The position numbers and the translations under genes were made by a program. Positions 28,868 through 39,517 of a stretch of DNA of 44,504 nucleotides are shown piece by piece. Numbering within the stretch: position 1 is the stretch's first letter; every line of letters begins with the position of its first letter. Source of the DNA: a virus (Duplodnaviria > Heunggongvirae > Uroviricota > Caudoviricetes); the IMG/VR virus record IMGVR_UViG_2537561991_000021, one strand, 5' to 3'. The notes below the pieces were generated by a model. The model ran no database searches. It had not been told where the DNA came from and worked only from the letters and a program-made list of their open reading frames with translations.

Positions 28868-28896
28868 TTTACACAATACAACTCAAATTGTATCTT
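28868..28896 (+). promoter_or_regulatory. candidate early promoter with overlapping operator palindrome
   Basis: TTTACA-N17-TATCTT; the spacer carries the perfect inverted repeat ATACAA-CTCAAA-TTGTAT (28876..28893), related to the motifs in the cI/cro region. Confidence 0.5.
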
Positions 28897-29063
28897 TAGC
28901 CACAAGTCGAACGGCGCGACTCTAAACCATGCGTCGGGACCGTGGCGGGACAGGATGTCGGCAATACGGGTCAGTAAGTTCCCTTTGGGGTGCGGCGAAG
29001 CACTGCCTACTGATACAAGTCGAAGCCGCCGAACCACCAAAGTGAACTGAATGAGGAAACGGC

Positions 29064-29258
29064 GTGAAAACATATAAACCGCTCAAAGGTGAATGCCCTG
29101 CTTGCCAAACACAGCTTCAGACACCAAAGCCAAAACGATACCAAATCAACGAATGTTATGAGCACTGCCCTGGATGTGGTGCTTTCCTGCATACCATTGC
29201 AACGCACTGGCGTGTCCGCTTCAACCTTGTGGTACCACGTACGCACAATACCAACTGA
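29064..29258 (+). CDS. small zinc-ribbon protein, first gene of the early operon
   Basis: 64 aa, GTG start after a GAGGAAA RBS; Cys pairs CPAC and CPGC. Confidence 0.5.
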   Translation: MKTYKPLKGECPACQTQLQTPKPKRYQINECYEHCPGCGAFLHTIATHWRVRFNLVVPRTHNTN

Positions 29259-29289
29259 ATCATCCATGTAATTGCTGTGTGTAGTCTTT

Positions 29290-29316
29290 GCCCGCCGCAA
29301 GTGACGGGCTTTTTTA
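29290..29316 (+). terminator. rho-independent terminator / attenuator after the first early gene
   Basis: GCCCG...CGGGC stem (extendable) followed by TTTTTT. Confidence 0.5.
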
Positions 29317-29520
29317 TGTCTGAAAGCGCACTCGCAACAGCGCGCTCCCCGATATGAAAAAAGGAATACAACCGATGAAACCTGAACACCTCTATCGACT
29401 GACGGGGCGCGATGTTCTCCGTTATCGCCGTAAAAACTTCGATTTGATGACCGGTCTGGCCGTTGCCACTGCGCTCGGTCTGATCATCACTTTCATTCTC
29501 CTTGTTGCGAGGACCACAGT

Positions 29521-30423
29521 ATGAGTTTAGAAACCAGTCTCGAACTTAATAATCAACTTCTGGCACAACATAATGCGCTGCTTGAACGTCTTATCCGCAC
29601 AATGGCATCAGGTATTGTTATGCATCCTGACACGATTTCACGAGTGCAGGAATGTCGGGATACAGCAACTGAAACTGAAAATATGTCAGCGGCAATGACA
29701 CTGGATGATCTGGAGTTCAGCGACGTTATCGCACTGGCTGGTTTCTACCCGGTAGCCACCCCTATCACAGAAGACATGCTGCAACGTGCTGTTGCCTACC
29801 GTGATGCTGAAGGCGATAAACGAGTAGTTCAGATTGATCCTCTCGACAGCGCATTGCAGGGCGTCAAACGAGCCAGGGCACTGCATAAACCCGCTCTTCT
29901 GGACCTGTCCCGTAACATTCTTAAGTTCTGGGACGACCTGCCAACCATCGGCGAGCGACGTGCTTTTGCCGAGCAACTACTTGATGCACCTGCAGATGGG
30001 CGTGATGAAGTTAAGCCGAAAAAGGCCAGTAACAAAGATGGAGAACGCACGGGGCCGTTTTACGTCAAAAATGTATCCGGCACAGCAGCCAGTGAACTCC
30101 ACACCTTACGCAAGTTGAACGAGATGCTTAAAAAAGGCCATATCGAGATCAACCGTGTTGAGTACCTTCAGCTGCAGGAAGAATTTGCACGCAGAGACGC
30201 AGCAAATTCCAGCCAGAATAATGACGCCAAAGATGACCATACAATTGATTTCGCGGCACTACGCAAACAAGCTGAAGGGTTGATCCTCCAGTTAGCAAAA
30301 GGGGGTTACCGGGCAGAAGCTATTGCAATTCTGGAAAAACAGGGAGCCAGGAAACTTGGTGAAGTAACGGATGAAAATCTCGCTGAAGTAATCACCCTGG
30401 CTGAAAAAGCACTGGAGGGTTAA
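29521..30423 (+). CDS. hypothetical early protein
   Basis: 300 aa, ATG with a GAGGA RBS; no recognisable motif. Confidence 0.6.
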   Translation: MSLETSLELNNQLLAQHNALLERLIRTMASGIVMHPDTISRVQECRDTATETENMSAAMTLDDLEFSDVIALAGFYPVATPITEDMLQRAVAYRDAEGDKRVVQIDPLDSALQGVKRARALHKPALLDLSRNILKFWDDLPTIGERRAFAEQLLDAPADGRDEVKPKKASNKDGERTGPFYVKNVSGTAASELHTLRKLNEMLKKGHIEINRVEYLQLQEEFARRDAANSSQNNDAKDDHTIDFAALRKQAEGLILQLAKGGYRAEAIAILEKQGARKLGEVTDENLAEVITLAEKALEG

Positions 30424-30425
30424 TC

Positions 30426-31727
30426 ATGCCAGACGTTCATGCACAACTTTCTCCATCATCAGCGCATCGATGGATGCGCTGCCCAGGAAGTCTGGCGCTG
30501 GAGGCCACACAACCGGATAAAGAAACAACTTTTGCAATCGAGGGCACTGCAGCGCACGCGCTTGCTGAAAAAGTTCTACGAAACAGGCAAAGCCACCCGG
30601 AACACTACGCCGGATGCAATGTTTCTATGTTTCTCGGCTCATACCCCCTTCGCGAAAATCCTGATGATACATCTGGCCCACAGGTGGATGATGAAATGGT
30701 CGAAGCCGTTGGCCGGTATGTTGATACGGTCTGGACTCTTGCACAGAATAATGAACTATTGGTTGAACAACGTGTTGATTTCTCACATATAACGGGGGTG
30801 GAAGAATCTTTCGGAACTGCCGACGGCATAATCATCGCTGGTAACGAATTACAAATCCACGACCTGAAATATGGCAAAGGCGTCCGCATTGATGCAGAAC
30901 AAAATGAGCAACTACAACTGTATGCTCTGGGTGCGCTCGAACAATTCAGCATGCTGTATGACTTTGAGACTGTAAGATTATTTATTCACCAGCCAAGGCT
31001 CAACCACGTTTCAGAATGGTCGTTAACCGTACAGGAACTTCAGTCTTTCGGTGAACGGGCACAGGAGGCCGCAACCAGTGCGATCCTTGTTCTCAATATT
31101 GCTGAATGCGAAGGCATTGAGACACTACCGCTGGAAAACTTCATACCTGGAGAAAAACAGTGCCGCTTCTGTAAAGCAAAAGCTATTTGCACTGCCCAGA
31201 AAATGCAGCATTTACAAACAGCGGCCAGCGATTTTGAAGATCTGACAAAGCCTGTCAGCGAAATAATCACCAATGCCAGCGCACGTGTACCTCTGTTAAC
31301 CATTGAGCAGCTTGCGGAGATCTATAGCCAGGCCGACTTTATTGAATCCTGGCTAAAGGCAGTACGGGACCGGGTTCACAATGAACTCAATGCCGGACAT
31401 CCGGTACCGGGGTTTAAACTGGTAACAGGAAAACAAGGTAACCGGGCCTGGAGTGATGAAGAGGCAGCTCGCGCACTTCTGAAGGACCAGTTCAGGTACA
31501 AAACTGAAGAAGTATTCGACTTTAAACTTATTAGTCCCACAAAAGCCGAAAAACTTATCAAAAAGGCCAGTCCACGCCGTTGGTCAAAAGTCGAGGCACT
31601 GATAACACGAGCTGATGGTAAACCAACCGTCATTCCCGAGTCAGACCCACGCCCCGCACTCAATATCAACCCTGTAAATGATTTCGACGACGTATCCGAC
31701 GATACGCTAACCGCAGACCTCATCTGA
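30426..31727 (+). CDS. PD-(D/E)XK nuclease, Cas4-like with Fe-S cysteine cluster
   Basis: 433 aa; N-terminal Cys (RCPGS) plus C-terminal [10 protein letters not shown], the spacing seen in Cas4/AddB-type nucleases; located upstream of the SSB-like gene. Confidence 0.65.
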   Translation: MPDVHAQLSPSSAHRWMRCPGSLALEATQPDKETTFAIEGTAAHALAEKVLRNRQSHPEHYAGCNVSMFLGSYPLRENPDDTSGPQVDDEMVEAVGRYVDTVWTLAQNNELLVEQRVDFSHITGVEESFGTADGIIIAGNELQIHDLKYGKGVRIDAEQNEQLQLYALGALEQFSMLYDFETVRLFIHQPRLNHVSEWSLTVQELQSFGERAQEAATSAILVLNIAECEGIETLPLENFIPGEKQCRFCKAKAICTAQKMQHLQTAASDFEDLTKPVSEIITNASARVPLLTIEQLAEIYSQADFIESWLKAVRDRVHNELNAGHPVPGFKLVTGKQGNRAWSDEEAARALLKDQFRYKTEEVFDFKLISPTKAEKLIKKASPRRWSKVEALITRADGKPTVIPESDPRPALNINPVNDFDDVSDDTLTADLI

Positions 31728-31742
31728 TTTAAGGAAATACCC

Positions 31743-32102
31743 ATGAAACTGAAGCTGAACAATGTTCGTCTGGCCTTCCCGTCTCTGTTTGAAGCTAAAA
31801 CTGTAAACGGCGAAGGCGATCCGCGTTTCTCCGCAGTATTTTTAATGTCTCCCAAACACCCACAACTGGAAGAAATCCGTAAAGCTATGAAGCAGGTAGC
31901 GAAGGAAAAATGGGGAGAGAAGTGGGAGCCCATTTATAACCAGCTGGAGAAAAAACTCAATCTGTGCCTGCATGATGGTGATGAAAAAGCAGAGTATGAA
32001 GGCTTCCCCGGTAATTTCTTCCTGAATGCTGCTAACAAAGCGCGCCCAGCTGTTCTTGATCGCGATCGTTCGCCACTTATTCAGGCTGACGGACGTCCCT
32101 AT
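31743..32102 (+). pseudogene. putative ssDNA-binding protein, 5' part (split by IS insertion)
   Basis: Reading frame runs into the IS end at 32103 (GTAAGCG); continues in frame at 35642. Confidence 0.6.
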
Positions 32103-32174
32103 GGTAAGCGTACAGCCTGAACCGTCTGGTCAGAATCTGACGAATTAGACAAAGTGGTGTCCACCAAATAAGTA

Positions 32175-32576
32175 GTGGGAACCAAAGTATCAGATATGCA
32201 GAAAAATGTGACTCCCGGCAGGCGAAAAGGCTGCCCTAATTATCCTCCCGAATTTAAACAGCAGCTCGTTGCTGCCTCCTGTGAACCCGGGATATCCATC
32301 TCAAAACTTGCTCTTGAAAATGGCATTAACGCCAATCTGTTGTTCAAATGGCGACAACAATGGCGCGAGGGAAAGCTGCTATTACCTTCTTCAGAGAGCC
32401 CCCAGCTACTTCCTGTGACTCTCGATGCAGCTGCCGAACAGCCAGAATCGCTCGCAGAGGACCCGGAAACCCTCAGTATCAGCTGTGAGGTAACGTTCCG
32501 GCACGGGACGCTCCGCTTCAATGGCAATGTCAGCGAAAAGCTCCTGACTCTGCTGATACAGGAACTGAAGCGATGA
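32175..32576 (+). CDS. IS66-family orfA (short form)
   Basis: 133 aa; GINANLLFKWRQQWREGKLL region shared with the longer orfA-like proteins. Confidence 0.75.
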   Translation: MGTKVSDMQKNVTPGRRKGCPNYPPEFKQQLVAASCEPGISISKLALENGINANLLFKWRQQWREGKLLLPSSESPQLLPVTLDAAAEQPESLAEDPETLSISCEVTFRHGTLRFNGNVSEKLLTLLIQELKR

Positions 32577-32920
32577 TCCCGTTACCTTCCGGGACCAAAA
32601 TTTGGCTGGTTGCCGGTATCACCGATATGAGAAATGGCTTCAACGGCCTGGCTGCGAAAGTACAAACGGCGCTGAAAGACGATCCCATGTCCGGCCATGT
32701 TTTCATTTTCCGGGGCCGCAGCGGCAGTCAGGTTAAACTGCTGTGGTCCACCGGTGACGGACTGTGCCTCCTGACCAAACGGCTGGAGCGTGGGCGCTTC
32801 GCCTGGCCGTCAGCCCGTGATGGCAAAGTGTTCCTTACGCAGGCGCAGCTGGCGATGCTGCTGGAAGGTATCGACTGGCGACAGCCTAAGCGGCTGCTGA
32901 CCTCCCTGACCATGCTGTAA
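32573..32920 (+). CDS. IS66 Orf2-like accessory protein (TnpB)
   Basis: 115 aa, clearly related to the orfB at 33672..34019. Confidence 0.8.
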   Translation: MIPLPSGTKIWLVAGITDMRNGFNGLAAKVQTALKDDPMSGHVFIFRGRSGSQVKLLWSTGDGLCLLTKRLERGRFAWPSARDGKVFLTQAQLAMLLEGIDWRQPKRLLTSLTML

Positions 32921-32994
32921 ATCTCTTTATCCTGGTTGTCAGTAACCGGCTCATTTAAACCGTCTGGTCTGTTTCCTCCGGCTCTACAAAAATA

Positions 32995-33672
32995 ATGTCC
33001 ATCATTTTTAATGGACACTATCGTATGAAACACCGGACCTGGATCACTGAAGCTTTACGTCTTCACTTTGAAGAACATTTACCCCGGGTTGTGGCCGGGC
33101 GTCGCCTGGGTGTACCAAAATCAACAGTTTGTAGTATGTTCGTGCGCTTTCGGAGAGCTGGCCTTTCGTGGCCTTTGCCCGCAGGCATGTCGGAGCAGGA
33201 ACTTGATGCCTGCCTTTACGGACAATTTTCCACGGTACCAGTCGTACGTCCTGAAAGCACCGTTATATCCGAAGCCCCCGTGGTAAAAAAACGTCCCCGG
33301 CGGCCCAACTTCCCTTATGAGTTTAAAATCGCCTTAGTGGAGCAGTCACTGCAGCCCGGAGCCTGTGTGGCGCAGATCGCCCGGGAAAACGGAATCAACG
33401 ATAACCTGCTCTTCAACTGGCGCCATCAATACCGGAAAGGTGGCCTGCTGCCTTCCGGAAAAAATATGCCGGCACTGCTTCCCGTGACGTTAACGCCGGA
33501 GCCGGATAATAAAATCCCGGCCCCCGCACAGGAACCAGAGCAGATAAATACACCGTCCGACAGTCTGTGTTGTGAGCTGGTTCTGCCGGCCGGAACTCTC
33601 AGGCTTAAAGGTAAACTGACGCCGGCGTTATTACAGACACTTATCCGCGAAATAAAAGGGAGCAGCCACTGA
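32995..33672 (+). CDS. IS66-family orfA-like protein with N-terminal HTH
   Basis: 225 aa, about 97% identical to 1387..2064. Confidence 0.8.
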   Translation: MSIIFNGHYRMKHRTWITEALRLHFEEHLPRVVAGRRLGVPKSTVCSMFVRFRRAGLSWPLPAGMSEQELDACLYGQFSTVPVVRPESTVISEAPVVKKRPRRPNFPYEFKIALVEQSLQPGACVAQIARENGINDNLLFNWRHQYRKGGLLPSGKNMPALLPVTLTPEPDNKIPAPAQEPEQINTPSDSLCCELVLPAGTLRLKGKLTPALLQTLIREIKGSSH

Positions 33673-34019
33673 TGATATCTCTCCCTGCAGGTTCGCGTAT
33701 CTGGCTGGTTGCAGGTATCACCGATATGCGAAATGGCTTTAACGGCCTGGCATCAAAAGTTCAGAACGTCCTGAAGGATGACCCGTTCTCCGGACACCTG
33801 TTCATCTTCCGCGGACGCCGGGGTGACCAGATAAAAGTGTTGTGGGCTGACAGTGACGGACTGTGCCTCTTCACCAAACGCCTGGAGCGGGGCCGCTTCG
33901 TCTGGCCAGTCACCCGTGACGGCAAGGTGCACCTTACTCCGGCTCAGTTATCCATGCTTCTTGAAGGTATCAACTGGAAGCACCCGAAACGAACGGAACG
34001 CGCTGGAATCCGCATATAA
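33672..34019 (+). CDS. IS66 Orf2-like accessory protein (TnpB)
   Basis: 115 aa, identical to 1040..1387. Confidence 0.85.
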   Translation: MISLPAGSRIWLVAGITDMRNGFNGLASKVQNVLKDDPFSGHLFIFRGRRGDQIKVLWADSDGLCLFTKRLERGRFVWPVTRDGKVHLTPAQLSMLLEGINWKHPKRTERAGIRI

Positions 34020-34038
34020 CCCGTTGTAAAGTGAGGAT

Positions 34039-35610
34039 ATGGACACCTCACTTGCTCATGAGAACGCCCGCCTGCGGGCACTGTTGCAGACGCAACAGGA
34101 CACCATCCGCCAGATGGCTGAATACAACCGCCTGCTCTCACAGCGGGTGGCGGCTTATGCTTCCGAAATCAACCGGCTGAAGGCGCTGGTTGCGAAACTG
34201 CAACGTATGCAGTTCGGTAAAAGCTCAGAAAAACTTCGTGCAAAAACCGAACGGCAGATACAGGAAGCACAGGAGCGAATCAGCGCACTTCAGGAAGAAA
34301 TGGCGGAAACGCTGGGTGAGCAATATGACCCGGTACTGCCATCCGCCCTGCGCCAGTCTTCAGCCCGTAAACCGTTACCGGCCTCACTTCCCCGTGAAAC
34401 CCGGGTTATCCGGCCGGAAGAGGAATGCTGTCCTGCCTGTGGTGGTGAACTCAGTTCTCTGGGATGTGATGTGTCAGAGCAACTGGAGCTTATCAGCAGC
34501 GCCTTTAAGGTTATCGAAACACAACGTCCGAAACAGGCCTGTTGCCGGTGCGACCATATCGTGCAGGCACCAGTACCTTCAAAACCCATTGCACGCAGTT
34601 ATGCCGGAGCGGGGCTTCTGGCCCATGTTGTCACCGGGAAATATGCAGACCATCTGCCGTTATACCGCCAGTCAGAAATATACCGTCGTCAGGGAGTGGA
34701 GCTGAGCCGTGCCACACTGGGGCGCTGGACAGGTGCTGTTGCTGAACTGCTGGAGCCGCTGTATGACGTCCTGCGCCAGTATGTGCTGATGCCCGGTAAA
34801 GTCCATGCTGATGATATCCCCGTCCCGGTCCAGGAGCCGGGCAGCGGTAAAACCCGGACAGCCCGGCTGTGGGTCTACGTCCGTGATGACCGTAACGCCG
34901 GTTCACAGATGCCCCCGGCGGTCTGGTTCGCGTACAGTCCGGACCGGAAAGGTATCCATCCACAAAATCACCTGGCCGGTTACAGCGGTGTGCTTCAGGC
35001 CGATGCTTACGGTGGTTACCGGGCGTTATACGAATCCGGCAGAATAACGGAAGTCGCGTGTATGGCTCATGCCCGGAGAAAAATCCACGATGTGCATGCA
35101 AGAGCGCCCACCTACATCACCACGGAAGCCCTGCAGCGTATCGGTGAACTGTATGCCATCGAGGCAGAGGTCCGGGGCTGTTCAGCAGAACAGCGTCTGG
35201 CGGCAAGAAAAGCCAGAGCCGCGCCACTGATGCAGTCACTGTATGACTGGATACAGCAACAGATGAAAACACTGTCGCGTCACTCAGATACGGCAAAAGC
35301 GTTCGCATACCTGCTGAAACAGTGGGATGCACTGAACGTGTACTGCAGTAATGGCTGGGTGGAAATCGACAACAACATCGCAGAGAACGCCTTACGGGGA
35401 GTGGCCGTAGGCCGGAAAAACTGGATGTTCGCGGGTTCCGACAGCGGTGGTGAACATGCGGCGGTGTTGTACTCGCTGATCGGCACATGCCGTCTGAACA
35501 ATGTGGAGCCAGAAAAGTGGCTGCGTTACGTCATTGAACATATCCAGGACTGGCCGGCAAACCGGGTACGCGATCTGTTGCCCTGGAAAGTTGATCTGAG
35601 CTCTCAGTAA
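34039..35610 (+). CDS. IS66-family transposase TnpC
   Basis: 523 aa with leucine-zipper-like N-terminus and CPACGG...CxxC zinc motif; right inverted repeat 30 bp downstream. Confidence 0.85.
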   Translation: MDTSLAHENARLRALLQTQQDTIRQMAEYNRLLSQRVAAYASEINRLKALVAKLQRMQFGKSSEKLRAKTERQIQEAQERISALQEEMAETLGEQYDPVLPSALRQSSARKPLPASLPRETRVIRPEEECCPACGGELSSLGCDVSEQLELISSAFKVIETQRPKQACCRCDHIVQAPVPSKPIARSYAGAGLLAHVVTGKYADHLPLYRQSEIYRRQGVELSRATLGRWTGAVAELLEPLYDVLRQYVLMPGKVHADDIPVPVQEPGSGKTRTARLWVYVRDDRNAGSQMPPAVWFAYSPDRKGIHPQNHLAGYSGVLQADAYGGYRALYESGRITEVACMAHARRKIHDVHARAPTYITTEALQRIGELYAIEAEVRGCSAEQRLAARKARAAPLMQSLYDWIQQQMKTLSRHSDTAKAFAYLLKQWDALNVYCSNGWVEIDNNIAENALRGVAVGRKNWMFAGSDSGGEHAAVLYSLIGTCRLNNVEPEKWLRYVIEHIQDWPANRVRDLLPWKVDLSSQ

Positions 35611-35641
35611 ATATCAATACGGTTCTGACGAGTCGCTTACT

Positions 35642-35836
35642 CCCTATGCAGGGTGCTATGTAAACGCCGTTATCGATATCTGGGCACAGGACAATAATTT
35701 CGGTAAACGCATTAATGCCTCACTCGGCGGAGTCCAGTTCCTGCGAGACGGCGATGCATTCGCTGGCGGCGGAGTGGCAAGCGCTGACGATTTCGACGAT
35801 ATCAGCGAAGGTGCTGATGCTGAAGCACTAATTTAA
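35642..35836 (+). pseudogene. putative ssDNA-binding protein, 3' part
   Basis: In-frame continuation after the IS, ending in an acidic tail (ADDFDDISEGADAEALI) typical of SSB C-termini. Confidence 0.6.
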
Positions 35837-35888
35837 CCCTACTTCATAGACGCCCGGTTAAACACCGGGCTACTGATTAGGCGTATAA

Positions 35889-36518
35889 TCACTCAGGAAT
35901 CTTAATCTTTCTCAATTCTTTATTTAGTTCACAGTTCTTTTTCTTAGACGGGAAAGTATCATACATCCAAAAACCAACAGTCTCTAAAACTATTATCATA
36001 ACCATATACACAAGATAATTTAAAAGGCCTTCATTTTGCCCTATGGAAATAATGCAGATAATAGAAAAAAGGGTAAACAGCACAAAACACAGAAAGGAAA
36101 ACAGACGACTAATAATAAATAAAAAACCTGAAAAATCAACATTAATAAAAAACACTCCGTTATCTTTCTCTATATAATTCTGAAGCTTAATCAACTGATT
36201 TATATACTGTCTTTTTTCTAATCTATTGCAAATGTAAATAACATCTCTTCGGTTATAAGATGATTGCAATTTCAGCGCATCACGAATAATTTTATCATTT
36301 ATTCTTTTTTCTATGGCACTCTTATCCTCCTCATCCAGATAACGTTCATACTTAACTAAATATAAAATTAACTTCTTAACATATTTAGGCTCTTTATACT
36401 TATAATTAAAAATGATCTTTCTTATCCAGACTCCCATAACAATCAAACATGAAAAAATATATCCAGCTATTTTCTCCAGATGCTCTGTATGGTCAATCAA
36501 GTATTGGATCATATGCAT
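35889..36518 (-). CDS. AT-rich hypothetical membrane protein, antisense to the early operon
   Basis: 209 aa, Lys/Ile/Tyr/Asn-rich, with hydrophobic helices (IFSCLIVMGVWI, FLFIISRLFSFLCFVLFTLFSIICIISI, YLVYMVMIIVLETVGFWMY); GC far below flanking phage genes. Confidence 0.65.
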   Translation of the reverse strand: MHMIQYLIDHTEHLEKIAGYIFSCLIVMGVWIRKIIFNYKYKEPKYVKKLILYLVKYERYLDEEDKSAIEKRINDKIIRDALKLQSSYNRRDVIYICNRLEKRQYINQLIKLQNYIEKDNGVFFINVDFSGFLFIISRLFSFLCFVLFTLFSIICIISIGQNEGLLNYLVYMVMIIVLETVGFWMYDTFPSKKKNCELNKELRKIKIPE

Positions 36519-36564
36519 AATTAATCTTTTAATCAGTTAATAGAATAAAAACCAAGGTAAACAC

Positions 36565-38628
36565 ATGTCCAATATACTATGGGGCGACCTGGAAACCTAT
36601 TGCGAAATCCCTATTACGAACGGTACCCATGCGTATGCCGAAGGCGTTGAAGTGATGCTTTTCGCATGGGCTATCAACGACGGGCCAGTAAACGTGTGGG
36701 ATATCACTGCCGGTGGTGGTATTCCACACGGCTTATACGAAGCAATCGCAGACCCTGAAACCCTGCTTTATTTCCATAACTCTCACTTCGACCGCACCGT
36801 TCTGCGTTATGCAATGCCGCGCCTGGCACCGCCAGTCGAACGTTGGCGCGACACAATGGTGCAGGCGCTGGCGCACGGTCTCCCGGGGTCTCTGGGGGAA
36901 CTCTGCGAAGTACTAGGCGTCCCGCAAGACAAAGCGAAGGACAAAGAAGGTAAAGCGCTGATCCAGCTGTTCTGTAAGCCACGCCCGAAAAACAGCAAAC
37001 TGCGCCGGGCCACCAGCAAAACCCACCCGGAAGAATGGCGGCGCTTTGTTGCTTACGCCGGACTGGATATCGAGGCAATGCGCGAAGTCTATAAACGTCT
37101 GCCGAAGTGGAATTATCAGGGGACAGAACTGGCGCTCTGGCATCGTGATCAGCAGATCAATGACCGGGGCGTCTGCATGGACGTGGAACTCGCACGCGCT
37201 GCGATCGACGCGGTAGACCAGGAACAAAAGCGCCTGGCAAAGCGTACACAGGAAATGACTGATGGCGAAGTGCAGGCAGCCACACAACGAGACGCGTTGA
37301 TTAAGCACATTGTTGAATCCTACGGTGTGGAGCTACCAGACATGCAACGCAGTACTCTGGAACGTCGTATTGCCGACCCCGATTTACCATCTGCCGTGAA
37401 AGAACTGCTGGCTATCCGCCTGCAGGCCAGTACTACCAGCACCAGTAAATACAAGGCACTGATGAAAGGCGTAAGCCACGACGGGCGCTTACGCGGTACG
37501 CTACAGTTCTGCGGGGCGTCACGTACCGGTCGTTGGGCCGGACGGCTATTCCAGCCCCAGAACCTTCCCCGCCCTTCACTAAAACAGGAACAAATAGACG
37601 AAGGCATCGAAGCACTGAAAGCCGGATGTGCAGACCTGCTGTTTGACAATATCATGGAACTAACCAGTTCAGCGTTACGTGGCTGCATTATCGCGCCAAC
37701 AGGCAAAAAGCTGGTGGTAAGTGACTTGTCGAACATTGAAGGCCGTATGCTGGCATGGCTGGCGGGAGAAGAATGGAAACTGAATGCATTCAGAGAGTAC
37801 GACGCCGGAACGGGTCCGGACTTATATAAACTGGCGTATGCAAAAGCTTTCGATATTGCACCAGATGATGTTGATAAACACATGCGTCAGATCGGTAAAG
37901 TCATGGAACTCGGTCTGGGTTATGGTGGTGGTGTGTCGGCCTTCATCACTTTTGCACTGGTTTACGGTCTCGATCTCGACGAGCTGGCGAACGCCGCACT
38001 ACCAAACATTCCCCGCGATGTTATCCGCGAGGCGAAAAGCTGGTACGACGAATCGGTTAAACGCAAGTCAACCTACGGGCTTTCTGAACGGGTATTTATC
38101 GCCTGCGACTCACTTAAACGTCTCTGGCGCCGGGCGCATCCCGCGACCTGTGATTTCTGGTACGAACTGGAGCGCACCGTCCGCACTGCAATCGCCACAC
38201 CGCAAAAAACATTGTATTGCGGTTATCTTAAAATCCGCCGCGATGGCGCGTGGCTGCGCATACAGCTACCATCCGGACGCGCTGTATGCTACCCGTCTCC
38301 GGTTATCGAAAAAGGGAATATCACCTACATGGGGGTTAACTCTTATTCGCGTAAATGGCAACGACTCAAAACCTACGGCGGAAAGCTGGTGGAGAACATC
38401 ACCCAGGCGGCCGCCCGCGACATTCTGGCCGGAAACATGCCGCTTATCGAAGATGCCGGTTACAGCATTGTGCTGACGGTACACGACGAGGTGATCACCG
38501 AAGCACCTGACACAGAAGATTTCAACGATAAAGCGCTTTCCGCGCTTCTCTCCACTGACCCCGAATGGGCGCCCGATATCCCACTGAACGCTGGCGGTTT
38601 TGAGGCGTACCACTACAAAAAAGATTGA
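36565..38628 (+). CDS. family A DNA polymerase with 3'-5' exonuclease domain
   Basis: Exonuclease motifs [23 protein letters not shown]; polymerase motif A DLSNIEGR, motif [17 protein letters not shown], motif C VHDEV. Confidence 0.9.
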   Translation: MSNILWGDLETYCEIPITNGTHAYAEGVEVMLFAWAINDGPVNVWDITAGGGIPHGLYEAIADPETLLYFHNSHFDRTVLRYAMPRLAPPVERWRDTMVQALAHGLPGSLGELCEVLGVPQDKAKDKEGKALIQLFCKPRPKNSKLRRATSKTHPEEWRRFVAYAGLDIEAMREVYKRLPKWNYQGTELALWHRDQQINDRGVCMDVELARAAIDAVDQEQKRLAKRTQEMTDGEVQAATQRDALIKHIVESYGVELPDMQRSTLERRIADPDLPSAVKELLAIRLQASTTSTSKYKALMKGVSHDGRLRGTLQFCGASRTGRWAGRLFQPQNLPRPSLKQEQIDEGIEALKAGCADLLFDNIMELTSSALRGCIIAPTGKKLVVSDLSNIEGRMLAWLAGEEWKLNAFREYDAGTGPDLYKLAYAKAFDIAPDDVDKHMRQIGKVMELGLGYGGGVSAFITFALVYGLDLDELANAALPNIPRDVIREAKSWYDESVKRKSTYGLSERVFIACDSLKRLWRRAHPATCDFWYELERTVRTAIATPQKTLYCGYLKIRRDGAWLRIQLPSGRAVCYPSPVIEKGNITYMGVNSYSRKWQRLKTYGGKLVENITQAAARDILAGNMPLIEDAGYSIVLTVHDEVITEAPDTEDFNDKALSALLSTDPEWAPDIPLNAGGFEAYHYKKD

Positions 38629-38692
38629 TATAACTCACCTTATCGAGCTATGGCGACATGCTGAATTCGAGTAAATTAAAGGAACAATACTT

Positions 38693-39454
38693 ATGCAGGA
38701 ACTAACTGAAATGCCGATCACCTATCCATACCCGAGAGAAACTTTTCCTGACTTTTTGAGGGAGTGTGGGTTCACCAATTTTTCCCACGAACAGCGTGAG
38801 ACTTGTGACTGCTATCGTTTAACGAATGGCGTAATTGTTAACCTTTACACCACCCGGACCATTCAGTTTCAAGGTAACCCTCAAGAACGTCCCAATGTTG
38901 AAACTGCAATAATGACCCATTTAGGAACGCCGCCCACGGCAACACCACTAGCCGTAGAACAGCCATCTGAGCTCCCCAAAAAGATATTCATTGTTCACGG
39001 CCATGACCATACTGCAAAGGAGCAACTTGAGCTAATCCTTCATAAACTTGGATTACCAGACCATTTCATTTTGCAGAATACGGGAGGGACTGGACTCACC
39101 ATTATTGAAGAGCTTGAACGTGAAATTGGGCAAGGACAAACTGCTACCCGTTTCGGGATTGTTCTTTTGACACCTGATGATATGGGATACTCAAAGCGCG
39201 CCGGTGAAGCAGAAATCCAACCCCGCGCAAGACAGAACGTTGTACTCGAGATGGGTATGCTTCTTTCGTCCTTAGGGCGCAGCAATGTAGCAATCCTTCA
39301 GAAACAGCACCTAGAACAGCCTTCTGATGCTAACGGGATTTTGTATCTGAATTTCAACGACCATGTACGTGAAACAGTTCCTCGTCTAGTGCAACGGTTA
39401 CAAAATTCTGGTTTCGAATTTACACAAGCTCAAATAGCTAACGCTTCCTCGTAA
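38693..39454 (+). CDS. TIR-like domain protein (predicted nucleotide-binding TIR-like fold) with a unique N-terminal domain
   Basis: 253 aa; C-terminal region KIFIVHGHDH...GIVLLTPDDMG...ARQNVVLEMGMLLSSLGRSNVAILQ...PSDANGILYL matches the recalled consensus of the TIR-like nucleotide-binding family. Lower GC than neighbours; own RBS and terminator. Confidence 0.6.
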   Translation: MQELTEMPITYPYPRETFPDFLRECGFTNFSHEQRETCDCYRLTNGVIVNLYTTRTIQFQGNPQERPNVETAIMTHLGTPPTATPLAVEQPSELPKKIFIVHGHDHTAKEQLELILHKLGLPDHFILQNTGGTGLTIIEELEREIGQGQTATRFGIVLLTPDDMGYSKRAGEAEIQPRARQNVVLEMGMLLSSLGRSNVAILQKQHLEQPSDANGILYLNFNDHVRETVPRLVQRLQNSGFEFTQAQIANASS

Positions 39455-39477
39455 TTACCCCTTATTGTTGATTACAA

Positions 39478-39502
39478 CCCTGCATCGCGGGGTTTTTTAT
39501 TT
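39478..39502 (+). terminator. rho-independent terminator after the TIR-like gene
   Basis: CCCTGC-ATC-GCGGGG stem (one G-U pair) followed by TTTTTTATTT. Confidence 0.7.
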
Positions 39503-39517
39503 GGGAATAAAAACCCT

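Larger units (their letters stand above)
32103..35640 (+). mobile_element. composite IS66-family insertion with 8-bp target site duplication
   Basis: Left end GTAAGCG at 32103, right end CGCTTAC at 35640, direct repeat TCCCTATG at 32095..32102 and 35641..35648. Holds an orfA/orfB pair without transposase (32103..32941) followed by a full element (32942..35640). Confidence 0.85.

Noticed and set aside
28813-29300. Minus-strand ORFs (28813..29073, 29007..29300, 29156..29389) opposite the early leader
   Set aside because: Antisense to the predicted early transcript, no RBS, and they overlap the zinc-ribbon gene; treated as shadow ORFs.
29374-29433. Short ATG ORF upstream of the 300-aa early gene
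   Set aside because: Only 19 codons before a stop; an initial reading as a 49-aa membrane peptide came from mis-indexing the sequence and did not survive recounting.
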